Assembly (NCBI GenBank): GCA_965202585.1 | Contig: OZ241831.1 | Coordinates: 10,912,001 to 10,976,000, forward strand | DNA from: Thalia democratica | Lineage: Eukaryota | Direction of reading: 5' to 3' | DNA length: 64,000 nucleotides | In this document: positions 52,301 to 64,000 of the stretch, one piece after another | How the letters are laid out: each line of letters opens with the position of its first letter | How positions within the stretch are numbered: the stretch's first letter is position 1 | Translations under genes and position numbers: made by a program | The notes under the pieces: generated by a model | What the model was told of the DNA's origin: nothing | Seen by the model: the letters and a program-made list of their open reading frames with translations, nothing else | Databases searched by the model: none

Positions 52301-55300
52301 AGCTTCTTCCTCGCAGACCTGTTCCTTCCTCTCGAAGCTGGGAATTACCCCGTTCCAAACCACGTGAACTTTCAGCACCTTCTTGACTTTCCACGCTTCG
52401 ATGAGCATGCCGATGCCCTGCGGTATTGTCACCAGCAGGCTCGCCTTCTGGTCGCACAAGTACAAGAATATTATCACCGACGACGCGCACCTGTTCACAT
52501 GCGAGTTGTTAGTAGGACTTATGATACACTAAACATAAACCAAAACGAAACTTAAAATAAATAAATATGTTTCGTTAAAATTTTACCAAAAGTCTAGCTA
52601 ACGTTTTTTTTTTTAATTATTTGCGCATGAGAACAAAAAGTTAGTATTATCTCATTTTTAAGTGCTACTTAAACCTTCGAAAAACTTTTATTTTATTTAA
52701 ATACTAGAGCAGGCTAATATAGTTAAACTTAATCACTAAGAGCTATTTTTGAAAATATGGTATTCTAGGAAGAACAAGTTTGAATAGTGTAACCACAATT
52801 AAAATATTTAGTTTTAGGAAACAATATCAAACAGTTTTATTATCAAACAGTTTCATTACAAAACTAGCGTTTTTTTTTTCATTTAAACATATAAAAAATC
52901 ATAGTCTTTTTAGAAAGTACATATTTATGCTTGCATTTAAAGTAAAGGGTTACATTACAATTCAAACTCGGACAACTCAAATTCCGACAATCAAAATTCT
53001 TAAAAAAAATTAAAAGACTTTATCTCAAAATGTAATATAAACTTTAAAAAATAAATATGTAGATCTTATTTATATCTACAAGCCACTTTTTTCTTTGATG
53101 CAAATTATTAAATATTATTTAAGATATTTTAAAATAACTAAAGATAACTATGTTTTTTAGTTTAATTAAGCCATATCTCAAAAAATATTTAATTTTTTGC
53201 AAAAAGAAAAAATGGCTTGTAGATACTTATAGGACCTACATATGTATTTTTATATTTGACAAATATACATTACTTTTTTAGTTGTGGCCCTTTAATTTTT
53301 TTAAAGAATTTAAATTGTTCGAATTTGAATAGTCGTGCACCCAAATTAAAGTGATTTATGGCTTTTTTTTCAATACAATAATAACTTTTTAGCTTTTAAC
53401 AATCATAAAATCATTTTTGTTTATAATTTTTTTTCTTAAGTTTTTTTAACTGTAAAAAAATAGCAAACGACGTGGAGTTATGTTCATGTATTAGTTGTAA
53501 CAAAAAGATTGAAAGGAAACAACTAAAAGTCTTTACTGTGATCCAAGTAAAAGTACAGCTACAAGTTATCTAATATAAAAGCACAAACTTAAATTTAAAA
53601 ATTATCTTAACATCTTTCTACAAACTCGTGACAGTACTTATTCAACATACTTGAACATGACGGTATTGAAAGAAAGTCCTTGCATTGTTTCTCTTCCTTT
53701 CCAGTATTTGATGTCGTTTTTGAACGCCAGGAAGTCGAATAAGGCCTGTCGAGATAAATAAATACTAAACAAGGAAACAAACATGCATTTTAAGCTTTCA
53801 AATTTAGACATGAAAAATTTTTAACTTATTAAAAGCTTAAAACTATTATTATGTTTAAATTAGTGATGTACCGGACTCACTATCCGGGTCCGGCCGGATA
53901 TTGCCATTTTTTTCTGATATCCGGATCCGGCCGGATTCTAATTTGAAAAAAAAAGTCCGGACCCGGATCTAGTTAGTAAAAAAGAGCATACTGAAAAGTA
54001 TTTTTTCAAAATCAAACCCTGTGTAAATTAATAAGAGTCATTTTCGTCAGTTAAAACTAAACACCTACCGTGATTGGCTCATTTTGTACACGTGACTAAT
54101 TTACATTTGTTTACATCTAAACTATGAAATAAACATTTCAGAAATGCAACTTTTTACATATGTTGTAAAATTAAAAACTTTGGAATGAATACTTGCATTA
54201 TTTATTGTTTAAAGTTGAGCTCAGAGAATATTTAGAGTTAATACGGTTGAATGTACGAGCCAATGAGAATCATATGACGAAATGTTTCAAACTAAATACT
54301 GATGCAACAAAACATCAAAACATGACAGGCAGTTTATATGTAAGTAGTTAGTTAGTTTGGTGTGCAGCTTGATGCAACAAAATATCTTGAACTTTTTTGT
54401 GAATGGTTATTGTAAGTAGTGTTTTGTTTTAAAAGTGAATATTTCAACTGGTGTTTAGTTGTTTAAATACTTAAGCCAGGTTTATACTTTAATAGTTTTT
54501 TAAAAATTTTACAGTTTCCTGTTTACTAAAAGTTTTATTTAATTTTTAGTTTATTGTTTTAAGTCTTTTGATATAGATTTAAAGAGCTTCCAATTTTTAA
54601 AGTGTTACCAAAGTAATTAATAATTTTGTATATGCTAGTATTTCTTGTTGTGTTTTATATAAAAGATTCATAACTAAAAACTGTCGTGTCTGATTATAGA
54701 AAGTAGTCTCAGTTAGAATTTAGTATTTGTTAGATATTAATTAAATAAGATAGGATTTAAATATGATGGGTAGTACTAATAAGTTAAGTGTACCACAATC
54801 AGTCCACAACTTTACTACTAAATTGTCAACCTTTGCTAGCTGTTCTACTGATTATTAGATTAAAGTAACTTTTTCAGTTTTTAAAAACCTCATTCTGACT
54901 CAGGCTTGTTTATACTCACTCTAGATAGTTTTAATGACGTAAACAGTGGCAACCCTGCTAGTTTAAAAATTTTTGGGAATTTTAGAAAATCTTAGACTGC
55001 CTCAGGCTAGTTTTCTTTTAGATTTTGAATGGGTTTGAGCTGATCCAGTTTTCAATATTTTGTAATTTTCTAGTGTATTTTATTCAAGAACTTGATTTCA
55101 GATTTTTAACTGTAAATAACACCAAAATTTGTAAACCTTGTGGCTAGCTGTTCTACTTATTATTAGATTAAAATTCATTCTGACTCAGGCTAGTTTATAC
55201 TAGTGATGTACCGGACTCACTATCTGGGTCCGGCCGGATATTGCCATTTTTGTCTAATATCCGGATCCGGCCGGATTCTAATTTGAAAAAAAAGTCCGGA

Positions 55301-58300
55301 TCCGGTTCCGGCCGGATTCCAACTTGAAAAAAAAGTCCGGATCCGGTTCCGGCCGGATTCTAATTTGAAAAAAAAGTCCGGTTCCGGCCGGACCCGAAAT
55401 TGTGGGTCCGGTACATCACTAGTTTAAATATAAAAACTATATGTCTATTAAATCTGAAATGAAATACTTTAAAAAAAAAAAAATTTTGTTTTTAAAAACA
55501 TTAGGCACATAATATTTTTTAAATATTTCTGTAAAAAAAATTTTTATTCAAGTTTCTTCCAGTAAGTATATTTTATAATAATATTTTTAATTATTTAATT
55601 TAATTATATGGAGATGAATACAATATGTAACCCAAATATACAGAGTTATATACTATAATTTTTTTGCGAAATCAAATAAATTATCATCTTTAAATAGCAA
55701 AACTTGTGAGTTCCTTAGAAAAGTTTATACCAAAATTTTAACTTAAAGCTAAAAATATTTAAAAAAAACATTTCAACTAACATGAAACATGGTAACTACA
55801 AAAGTCATGGCAAGAAAGTGTAATTTTGTCTCAGTCAGCAAAGATTTTATGTCATCTGTATCTTTGTCACTGAACCCTGATAAAGTACGAACTAATTCTA
55901 GTAATTACTATACACATAAAAACATATTTTCAGTTTATCAAGTGTTATTTAACAAAACCGAAAAAATACTATCAGGTATATATTAGATATTTTAATAAGA
56001 AAGCACTTTCATATACAATCAAACTGTTATAACTTCAATGCTAAATTGTTTTTGAAGCTTTTATTGAAACTTTAGATTCTGCCTTGATTTAAGTTATAAT
56101 TTTTTGTAAACAAATACTTTCACCTTACTAAACACAAAAAATTAACACTACAAAATGTTAAGTTATCAAGAGTTTTGATACAGTTCTGTTCAATCAATTT
56201 GAGTGATCAATTTACTTAGAATAAAAAAATGTTTGAAAAGTTTAAACAACTAAATACCGTTTTCTTTCAGTAGACCGATAGATTGTCTAAACAGCATGTA
56301 AAACCTCAGCTTTCCAGTAGAAATTGGTTCGTATGAAAAAGAAACTTTTATTTCGCTTGAATTCGATGGCAGAACCTGTTTGCAGGTGAAATTAAGCAAT
56401 AAAACGGGCTACACTCAAAACTAAATTAGAGTTTTAACATCTTTCAAATCTACCAACTCGGAAAAAATAAATTTAAAAAAAAAAAGAACGATTACTGCAG
56501 GTTTTTTAAATTTTAAACCTGAAAATAAATGTTTAAGAACTATAAGGAAAAGAGATATAAGTTTTACTCAAAATTTTTTATAAACTTTTAACAAACTCTA
56601 CTTTCTTAAGTGAATTTGTTTTTCAAGTTATAGAGAGAACTAATTATAAAAAAAAATTACAAAAAATAACCTGCAAGTTCCTTTCCAGTTGAGATAGATC
56701 ATCCAAGTACAAAATTGGCAGGTAGTTTCTATCTGAGTCTAACCTGATATTATGGTTTTGTTAGTTAATTCAAAACAATGTAAAAACTAAATCGTGCGTA
56801 TTTTAAATTAAAAATAAAATTAAGCTAGATAATAAACCTACAAGGAAGCATAATAATTATAGCTATTTAAGAAACTAAACTTGCTGGATCAAGTTGAAAA
56901 TATTACCCCCGTATTCAATAAGTAAAAATAATGATCCCGGAGTCATTTATTTCTAACTGGATCCAACTTGTTTAAAAGAAGCCATCATTTTTAGTTTTGA
57001 AAATACTAAAGTATTTTTATACAAAACTATTTTTTAACAACATTTGAAATACTTAAGAAAAACTTGCTGATCATTCTTTTTAAATGTTAAATTCATTAGT
57101 TAAAAACATTAGAATTGTTTGATAAAAAACTACAATAAGTTGACTTTTACCATTAAAACAACTTTAATACTTTAAAGGTTTATAATGCAAGCTTCCATTG
57201 CGATTTAGCTAAATAATAAGATTCATTGTTTAAGGTTTAATTTCAAATTAGAGATTTGGAAAATGATCTTTAGTCGTTTTAACTTTAGAACCTAGATTCT
57301 TAACAAAAAAAATTACAGTTGATATTTTAAAACAATCAAAGTTTTTGTTTGGAAAAGAAATATTTTTATTATGCTAAAAAGGCTTTAAATTTAGGTAGCT
57401 AAGGTAATTTTACAAACTAAACTTCAAGTTCAAACTAGTATTTTAGGGATTTAAATTTTACTATTGCATTTAAGTTTGACATAAAATCCACAAAAAAATT
57501 AAAATAATTTAGTCTTATTTGAAGTTTTCGTTTACCTTTCTGTTTAAAATAACTAAAATTAAATGAAAAACCTATTTTTTCTTACAACTTAAATCTTAAA
57601 AATCAAAAACCTTCAGATATAATTTAAAGTCATAAGGCGTTGGTGCGTTTAAACAAAGATATACATAGCAAGGAAAATATATCATCTAACACAGCCATCT
57701 CATATAACATCAAAACTTAATTGGGTGAATTAAATTTCAAGTTTTTTTTTATTATATAAGTTAGCGATATATATTTGATCAAATGTCAGCACGTCACAAG
57801 TTTTTATATGTTCAAATATTCTAATTACACAGAAAAAATAACTATTATATCTACTTTTTAAAACTTTTTTTTACTTAGTTACAATAACTGCAAATTAACA
57901 TAAACTACTATGAAAAAAGTTTTATTTTACATGATATTTATTTGTATATGAACTAACACGGCAAATTGGATGAGTTCGCTGGGAAAATCGCGCTGGGCAA
58001 ACTGAATGTCTTCATTCATGACGTGCATCTTTATCGAGGGGTGGTAGTGGGTAACCGGTGATTTCCCTGTTTCGAGACTAACATTTTCATCTGTGTCATT
58101 GTTCTGTGGCAATTGTTTTGAGAATAAAAAAAAATATTGTAAAACCTAGTGGTTTTTTATCCATAACAAATTTCTTTCAACTATTAAATTAGGGAAATTT
58201 AGTTATTTTCCTGAAAAACTCATTCATTTATTTGTTATTTGTCAACAACAAAAAAACTATAAATAAAAAGTATTAAGCCATTAACCAACAAATTACATCA

Positions 58301-61300
58301 AATTTAAACTATAAACTTATTGTATAATAAGAAACAACTTAACTATTTAATTATATTCTCTTTTTTTTACTTAAAATATGATTTTTTAATATTCTAACGT
58401 AGTTTTATTTAAAAAAAATCTTTTTTTCTATAGTTCGAAATAAAAGTGTTATGAAGTATTAAATATATTTGAATATAACTTTATCAATATAAACAATTTC
58501 GAAAATTTATAGAAATATTATATTGTATAAGAATACAAGTATACTAAGTAAAACAGAAGATAAGAAAAGTCTTAAATAAACTATTTCTGTTTTTTCATAA
58601 CTTTCAAATAGATTTCTTTAAAACAAGACAAACTCAATAAAAACAGGTTTCACCACATTAAAAGTTTTTTAATATTTTAGATACTACATCAGATGCTTGT
58701 CAGGGTGATTATATGAAACAGCTACAAAAATTAAATTTTATAAAATATAAGAAGTCTGTGCAACAAAAACGTGTAACTTGATAATTCATTGGATTGGTTT
58801 TTCAAACAATTCTCAAATTAAGAGTGCGGACTCAAATGGAATATGATTAATTTAGTTTTATAATTTAAGTTATATAACTGGTTTTTTTGATCAAACTACT
58901 GCAACCAGAGTTCGTGCGCAATTTTTTTTTTACTTAGCGTGACTGAGACAGCCTGACATTTTTTCAAAGTAAGGAAAATCCCCTTTAGAAGTAATTTTAG
59001 GTATTGGGGGGTCTTGATTAGTACTATTATAGTCTCCGACTTCAATCAGCTTTATCTCAAAAATATTTTGAGCTTTAAAAATCTGCAAAAAGCAACTCAT
59101 AGCTTAGTTATAACTCAATAAAATAAGACTAAATTGTGAAAAAGGTGATTGACCCCTTCCTATGCTCTTAACATAACAAATTCAGTAATAAGTTTTAAAA
59201 TAAGTGTCATATATAATCTATTACTAGTGTAAAAATTTAATATATATTACTAAATACAATTGTTTAACTTAATAAATCACTAAGTAAAAACATTATAACC
59301 AGAAGATTTACATTAAAACGACGTGAAATGTTGTGTTTTATTAAAATTCAAAATGAAAAGCTTATAAGAGTATTAAAATTCAAACAAACAGCTAAGTTGT
59401 TGAACTAAACTGTAATGTTTAATCTGTATTTGTTTAATAAATTTTCATAATTATGACGTATATAATCTACTCAAAACAAAATAATAAAGATTCTAAAAAA
59501 TTTTTAGAGATTCAACAAACGGCTTTAAGCGTTTATTTTTAGAAATACTAACTGATTTTGTCTTTAATATCGAAATCTTTATTTAGAAATAAATTACATC
59601 TCATATGATCTTAAAAAGATTTCTTAATTTTTTTTAATCAAAGATTTTCAAGCACTTGAACTAAGAAAAACTGATATTCTCAAATTTTTAAATAAAAAAC
59701 TGATTTAGCCTGACGTTTTTCAACTTTTTCCAAAAAAACTGATTTAGCCTGACTTAGCCTGATTTAGCCTGACGCGCACGAACCCTGTGCAACACTGTTT
59801 TTTAAACTTAACAAAGTGTTTAAAAAACATTTATTGACAAATATATGTTTTATATTAAGCAGTTATATAAAACTTTAACTTTTATTTGTCAAATGAGAAA
59901 AAAAAATATTAAACCAACAAAGAAAAATGATGATTTAAAGTATTTTCAATAAGACAACTTACATTTTTTGAAACTATATTTACAAAAAATAACTAAAAGT
60001 TATAAAATAAATTTATATACTAACAGATGAAGAAGTCAATCCCTTAAGCAGGTTGAAATAGTAAACAGGCAATGCGTGCTTGGTGAGAGGAAAAACTCTT
60101 TTTATTGAAGTTCGTGAAGTCATTGACTCGCCTTGAGGATAGAGAAACAGATGCAAGTACAAAGAACCATTGTTAATTGTTGATTGCGGCAGTTTTATAT
60201 CCAGCTTTCTGGTAATTTATATTGATAAGTATGATAATTTAAACATCAAATTTATTATAGATTGATAATAGTTATCATTTAATAGTCAATGATTTTAATA
60301 TAATTAAAGAATTTTTATGAACATTTGATGATTTATTATAGTTAGAGTAAAATCAAGTTACCTCTAAAAAAGATAGGCTTTTTTTGATATGAACTAAAAA
60401 TAATGAGATACAATGAGTTTTATTTAATGCAGACAGCTTAGTTTTACATTTTTATAATAAACTAAACCATCATTACTAATAAATATTAAAATGTCAATAT
60501 TTTAAAAACAACTAAAAATTAATCCATTAATATATTTAAGTGTAAGTTTAATTTTCATAATACATTTTTTAAAGCTTTTATAAAATTATTAGCCAACATT
60601 TTAAAATCAAAACTAAGTAATTTTTTTAATAAAGAATATATTTTTATGATTGTTAATTAACCAGTATACTTAAAATTTTATATATACAAATATGACAGAC
60701 TTACTCTTTAAAATCAGTGTTGAAATCAAACTTCTTATAAGTTTTTAGTAATGTGGCTTTATCAGCACTGAAATCTGTCTTCTTTGGTGATGAGTACAGT
60801 TTTAACTATAAAAAAAAATATTTATATTATTTAACAACTCTCTAAAAAACTGCACAGATTGTCTAAAAAACTAAACGAATTTCAACACGATTTTGTATAG
60901 CCAAAGACAAAAATTATCAAATTATTTTCTAATTAATAAAAAAAAAACTTTATAGTAGTTGTACTAGACTAATTTTTCATTTACAAAGTTAACACTAGAA
61001 AAAAGTCTAAACACTAGTACTAAGTATTAACTATTAACAAACCAAAGATAAACTTCAACGATAAAATGGTATTTCCATCTTTGAAAAATATGCTTTATAA
61101 TATATGATAATACTCTAGTTCTCTATATTTTGAAACCCTTAATTATTTTGTTTAATACAATTACTGAAAAGGCAGACTTAAATATTGTTTATAACAGACA
61201 AACAACATTTAAATTAAACTGGTAGCTTAGAAAATCATAAAGACATCTAGAAGGAAATAAAAAATGCTCTTAAAGTTTTCTAGTTTTTAAAGTGCTTCCA

Positions 61301-62322
61301 AAAAGTAAACATGTAACATTTTTATTTTATATTTAGCTTTTTAAAATTAATGTTTTTATACAAGTTACTCAATTAAGATGTATAAAGAAATAAATATGCT
61401 ACTTTTCTAAATCTTCATTTTGGTTAATTTTAATAAAAAGTACTTTAATATATGTCTATATCCATAAAATTGTTCTAAGTTTTAACGCAAAAATAAATTT
61501 AAGGAGAGGTCAAATTTATAAAAAAACATTGGAATTTATATATTCACTTTGGAGTGAACTATGACATACTTTCGATAATTAATTAATTAAATATTTTATT
61601 TTACTTAAAAATTTTAGTTAGCTTTGTAAATAAAAATCTTATACATACCAATTTGGAGTGTTTCTTGTTGTCAATTTTTGTACAACAAAAAAATTTTATT
61701 ATAAAAGTCTTGTTTTCTTTTATAAAGTTAAAAAATTAAAATATTCTATAGAGTGATTTTTTCAAAAGTTGGAAAAAATGTATATTTCATTATTTTTTCT
61801 AAAAAAAAAACAATTTATGCCTAAAATTAGAAAAAAATTTATGTTTATTAACAAAAAAAACTGTTTTAAAGAAGAATAAGGACACAATAGACCTATTTGT
61901 TATCTAGAAAAAAAAAACTTTATTTTTATTGTTGCTTAAAACCTGTAAAAGTTATTTTTTAAACTCAAATTTTGCTGCATCTATAAAGAATTTTTTGAAC
62001 TCTCTTAGCTCTATAACTTAAATTTTTGATAAAATTACACAATTCCATGAAACTTATAAAATTTTGTTAGTCAAAATTAAAGGTAATTATAAAACATTAA
62101 GTAAGGACAAAAAGTGCAATATACTTTTTTGCAAGTAGATATAAATCGACTAACTTTCCACTTTTGTTCGGGTTTCTGATGGATAGCAGATTTAAGACAA
62201 AACTTGTGCAAGTTTGGATCACATTTTTGTGGAGTCCACAATGAGTATAGTGTCCACATTGAGTGAGCAACATAAACAGTTGTTGCCAAGAACAAAAAAT
62301 TTGTAAATGTAAAAAACTTCAT
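46391..62322 (-). CDS. CLPTM1L: Cleft lip and palate transmembrane protein 1-like (ER lipid scramblase), 14 exons, 536 aa
   Basis: Minus-strand exons in transcript order: 62155-62322, 60705-60805, 60025-60208, 57958-58103, 56671-56743, 56258-56375, 55782-55876, 53651-53745, 52280-52490, 49228-49310, 48934-48968, 47746-47846, 47072-47187, 46391-46475; total 1611 nt, all phases compatible. Motifs: NNGSLYLHLFL, NYLPILYLDDL, LFDFLAFKNDIKYWK, LIEAWKVKK, MLPQLFINYKLKSVAHLPWRAFTYKAFNTFIDDVFAFIIKMPTSHRIACFRDD, WLYPVDKTRPNEYG. The short N-terminus fits CLPTM1L better than CLPTM1. Confidence 0.95.
47900..48222. repeat. 82-bp minisatellite, ~3.9 copies, in a CLPTM1L intron
   Basis: Unit TAAGACACATATACAAACATAAGAAAAAAACCTAAATATTACGGTATTAAAAG... 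recurs at about 47921, 48003, 48085 and 48167. Confidence 0.9.
51227..51648. mobile_element. hAT-type MITE with exact 8-bp TSD and internal ~120-bp duplicated unit
   Basis: CTTTAGAC | TAGGGTTTCCAAAAC ... GTTTGGGAAACCCTG | CTTTAGAC; duplicated unit AAAACCGCC...GCTCATGGTCCCCTAAATT at about 51320 and 51481. Confidence 0.85.
53070..53295. mobile_element. Fold-back MITE remnant (TTAA-terminated, Kolobok-like)
   Basis: Inverted arms TATCTACAAGCCACTTTTTTCTTT...GATAT and ATATCTC...AAAGAAAAAATGGCTTGTAGATA; right end GTGGCCCTTTAA at about 53284-53295. Confidence 0.5.
53861..55421. mobile_element. Composite non-autonomous hAT element with exact 8-bp TSD and an internal copy of its left end
   Basis: GTTTAAAT | TAGTGATGTACCGGAC ... 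GTCCGGTACATCACTA | GTTTAAAT; the ~100-bp left end recurs at 55201; three ~35-41-bp CCGGATCCGG-rich subterminal units at 55261-55395. A degenerate relative may lie at about 1190-1330. Confidence 0.85.
58906..59787. mobile_element. Non-autonomous DNA transposon with CAG(A/G)GTTCGTGCGC TIRs and exact 6-bp TSD
   Basis: TGCAAC | CAGAGTTCGTGCGC ... GCGCACGAACCCTG | TGCAAC; subterminal TTAGCCTGA repeats at 59700-59772; carries a Kolobok-like right-end fragment at about 59030-59171. Confidence 0.85.
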
Positions 62323-62609
62323 TTTTCAATTTTAATTCTATTTCTACAAATTGTCAAAAAAGTACATGTAAAAAAATACTCACTCATTTTATTAAGATAT
62401 ATTTCTATCACTTTTTAAAAATGAGTTAACAATCAAAAAAACTAGTTTTATTCAAATAAAACATATAAAAAAAGTTAATATTTAATTTAAGACCTTTAAT
62501 CAAAAACTTAAAATACTTTGTTAATATTTAAAACAAGATTGCTGCAAAATAAAATCAAACTGAACTAGTTTTCATTATTTATTCAAAATGTTTATAACCT
62601 GCCACCTAG

Positions 62610-63167
62610 GTACACAATTCGAAGAGAAAAAATGCCTACCCAACTAGCAGTGTGTACCCAGAAGATTTAGGTGTTTAATTACCTACATTAAGCCTAATAC
62701 AATAATGTTAAAAGCTACTAAAGCTTGCAAACGACTATTCAACAAGAATCCATAAAAACAAAAAATTTTGCCATTAAAAAATGTATACATTTGTTGAAAG
62801 TATAACACAAATAATAATTCTTAACATATGTATTTATTTGTATAAACACTTATATTTAACCCAAATTTTTTCTTAAACTTATCTTATATTTCTTTGTACC
62901 TTTAAAATTTACATTATATGCATAATTAATTACTAATTCCAAATAAAAAAAAAGGTATTAAAACAAATTATACATTTTTTAAATTGTGTGATAAATATAA
63001 ATTAGATTGTATGATCATTAAATGAAAAAGATAATATTACGCCACATGAGGATGAACCAATGGGTACTCGCTAAAGTTTCTGGGCTCCGTAGATTTTCAG
63101 TAACATTTACATAAATTCTGTCATTCTAGAAGGAAAACTGTCTTCAGCAGAAAGGCAAGTGCTGCTG
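62610..63167 (+). CDS. Possible short exons of a divergently transcribed gene continuing beyond the window
   Basis: AG/GT-bounded, phase-compatible segments 62610-62670, 63031-63063, 63130-63167 give VHNSKRKNAYPTSSVYPEDLDNITPHEDEPMEGKLSSAERQVLL; no start codon or homology identified. Confidence 0.3.
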
Positions 63168-64000
63168 GTAACAACTTTTGAAAGTTACAATCAGCTTTTG
63201 AAAATTTTCAAAATATTTGAAACAAATAAGCAACTAATAAAAATGTCTACTTAACCTAAACAGCAAGCTAAATTTACAAACATGTTTTTAAAAACATCTA
63301 GTTCTAAATAAATCTATATTGAAATATTTTTAATATTGATTAATATCGCTTTTTTATGCTTTTGACATTTTTGTTGCAATCATGGTGTATGTTATAATTA
63401 ATATAGTCAATTGCACTATTCATTGTTTTTGTTTTTCTTATTTTTATTTTTATATGCTTTTTACTTTTATGCTACAATCATTAGGTATGTAAACATGATT
63501 GCATTATTCATTTGGTTTATCAAGTATTTTGTAACTTTTGAAGTATTTTTTATACCAATTTTATGATCCTGGGTATTAACATTTTAAATTATCTGTTTGC
63601 TATTTTTGTTAAACATGTAAACTTTAAAAAATCAGTTTTAAATATTTGTTTGATACACAATTTGTATGTTCATCATTATTTTCTTGTTCCATTTTTTTTT
63701 TTCAATTTTATACAGTGTAACTACTTTTTTAGATAAACTTATAATAAATCTAAACTTTGGGTGAAGCAATTTAAGCTGTACTACAACTCATTTTGTGAAA
63801 CAATCTTTACTTAAAAAAACTTTTTTGTGTAAAATCATTTAAATTTTCAGGAAATTTATTTCAAATTCAAAAGTTTTGAATTGACTGTCTTTTATACCTT
63901 AATTTTAAATGAACACAATATTACAACACTTTTATAACTGAGTGGTCTTAATATGATATGTTATTGTACTTTTTACCATGATTTTATTTTCGAGTATAGT

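Noticed and set aside
55261-55395. CRISPR-like array of CCGGATCCGG repeats
   Set aside because: Units are contiguous with no unique spacers, lie inside hAT TIRs, and no cas genes are present; these are subterminal repeats.
4121-62322. Non-standard genetic code or stop readthrough
   Set aside because: All three intact genes translate with no internal stop in the standard code; stops occur only in TE and pseudogene remnants.

Overview
Very AT-rich animal (invertebrate-type) genomic DNA read with the standard code; the species cannot be determined from sequence alone. Two conserved multi-exon genes were rebuilt by hand: a phosphorylase kinase regulatory subunit alpha (PHKA, + strand, 4121-25289, about 27 exons, ~1173 aa, ends in CaaX CLVS) and CLPTM1L (- strand, 46391-62322, 14 exons, 536 aa). 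Between them lie an intronless, extremely GC3-rich orphan 7-TM gene (31941-32774, -), a CR1-type LINE 3' fragment, a 5'-truncated Penelope-like retroelement with a candidate hammerhead ribozyme downstream, a decayed BTB/BACK/Kelch pseudogene and a decayed hAT element. Introns hold many non-autonomous DNA transposons with readable TSDs (TTAA, TA, TAA, 8 bp, and an uncommon 6-bp class). Best leads: the hammerhead motif, the GC-island 7-TM orphan, exon-by-exon GC3 mosaicism, a majority of GTT splice donors, and the 6-bp-TSD element families. All coordinates and counts are manual and need computational confirmation.
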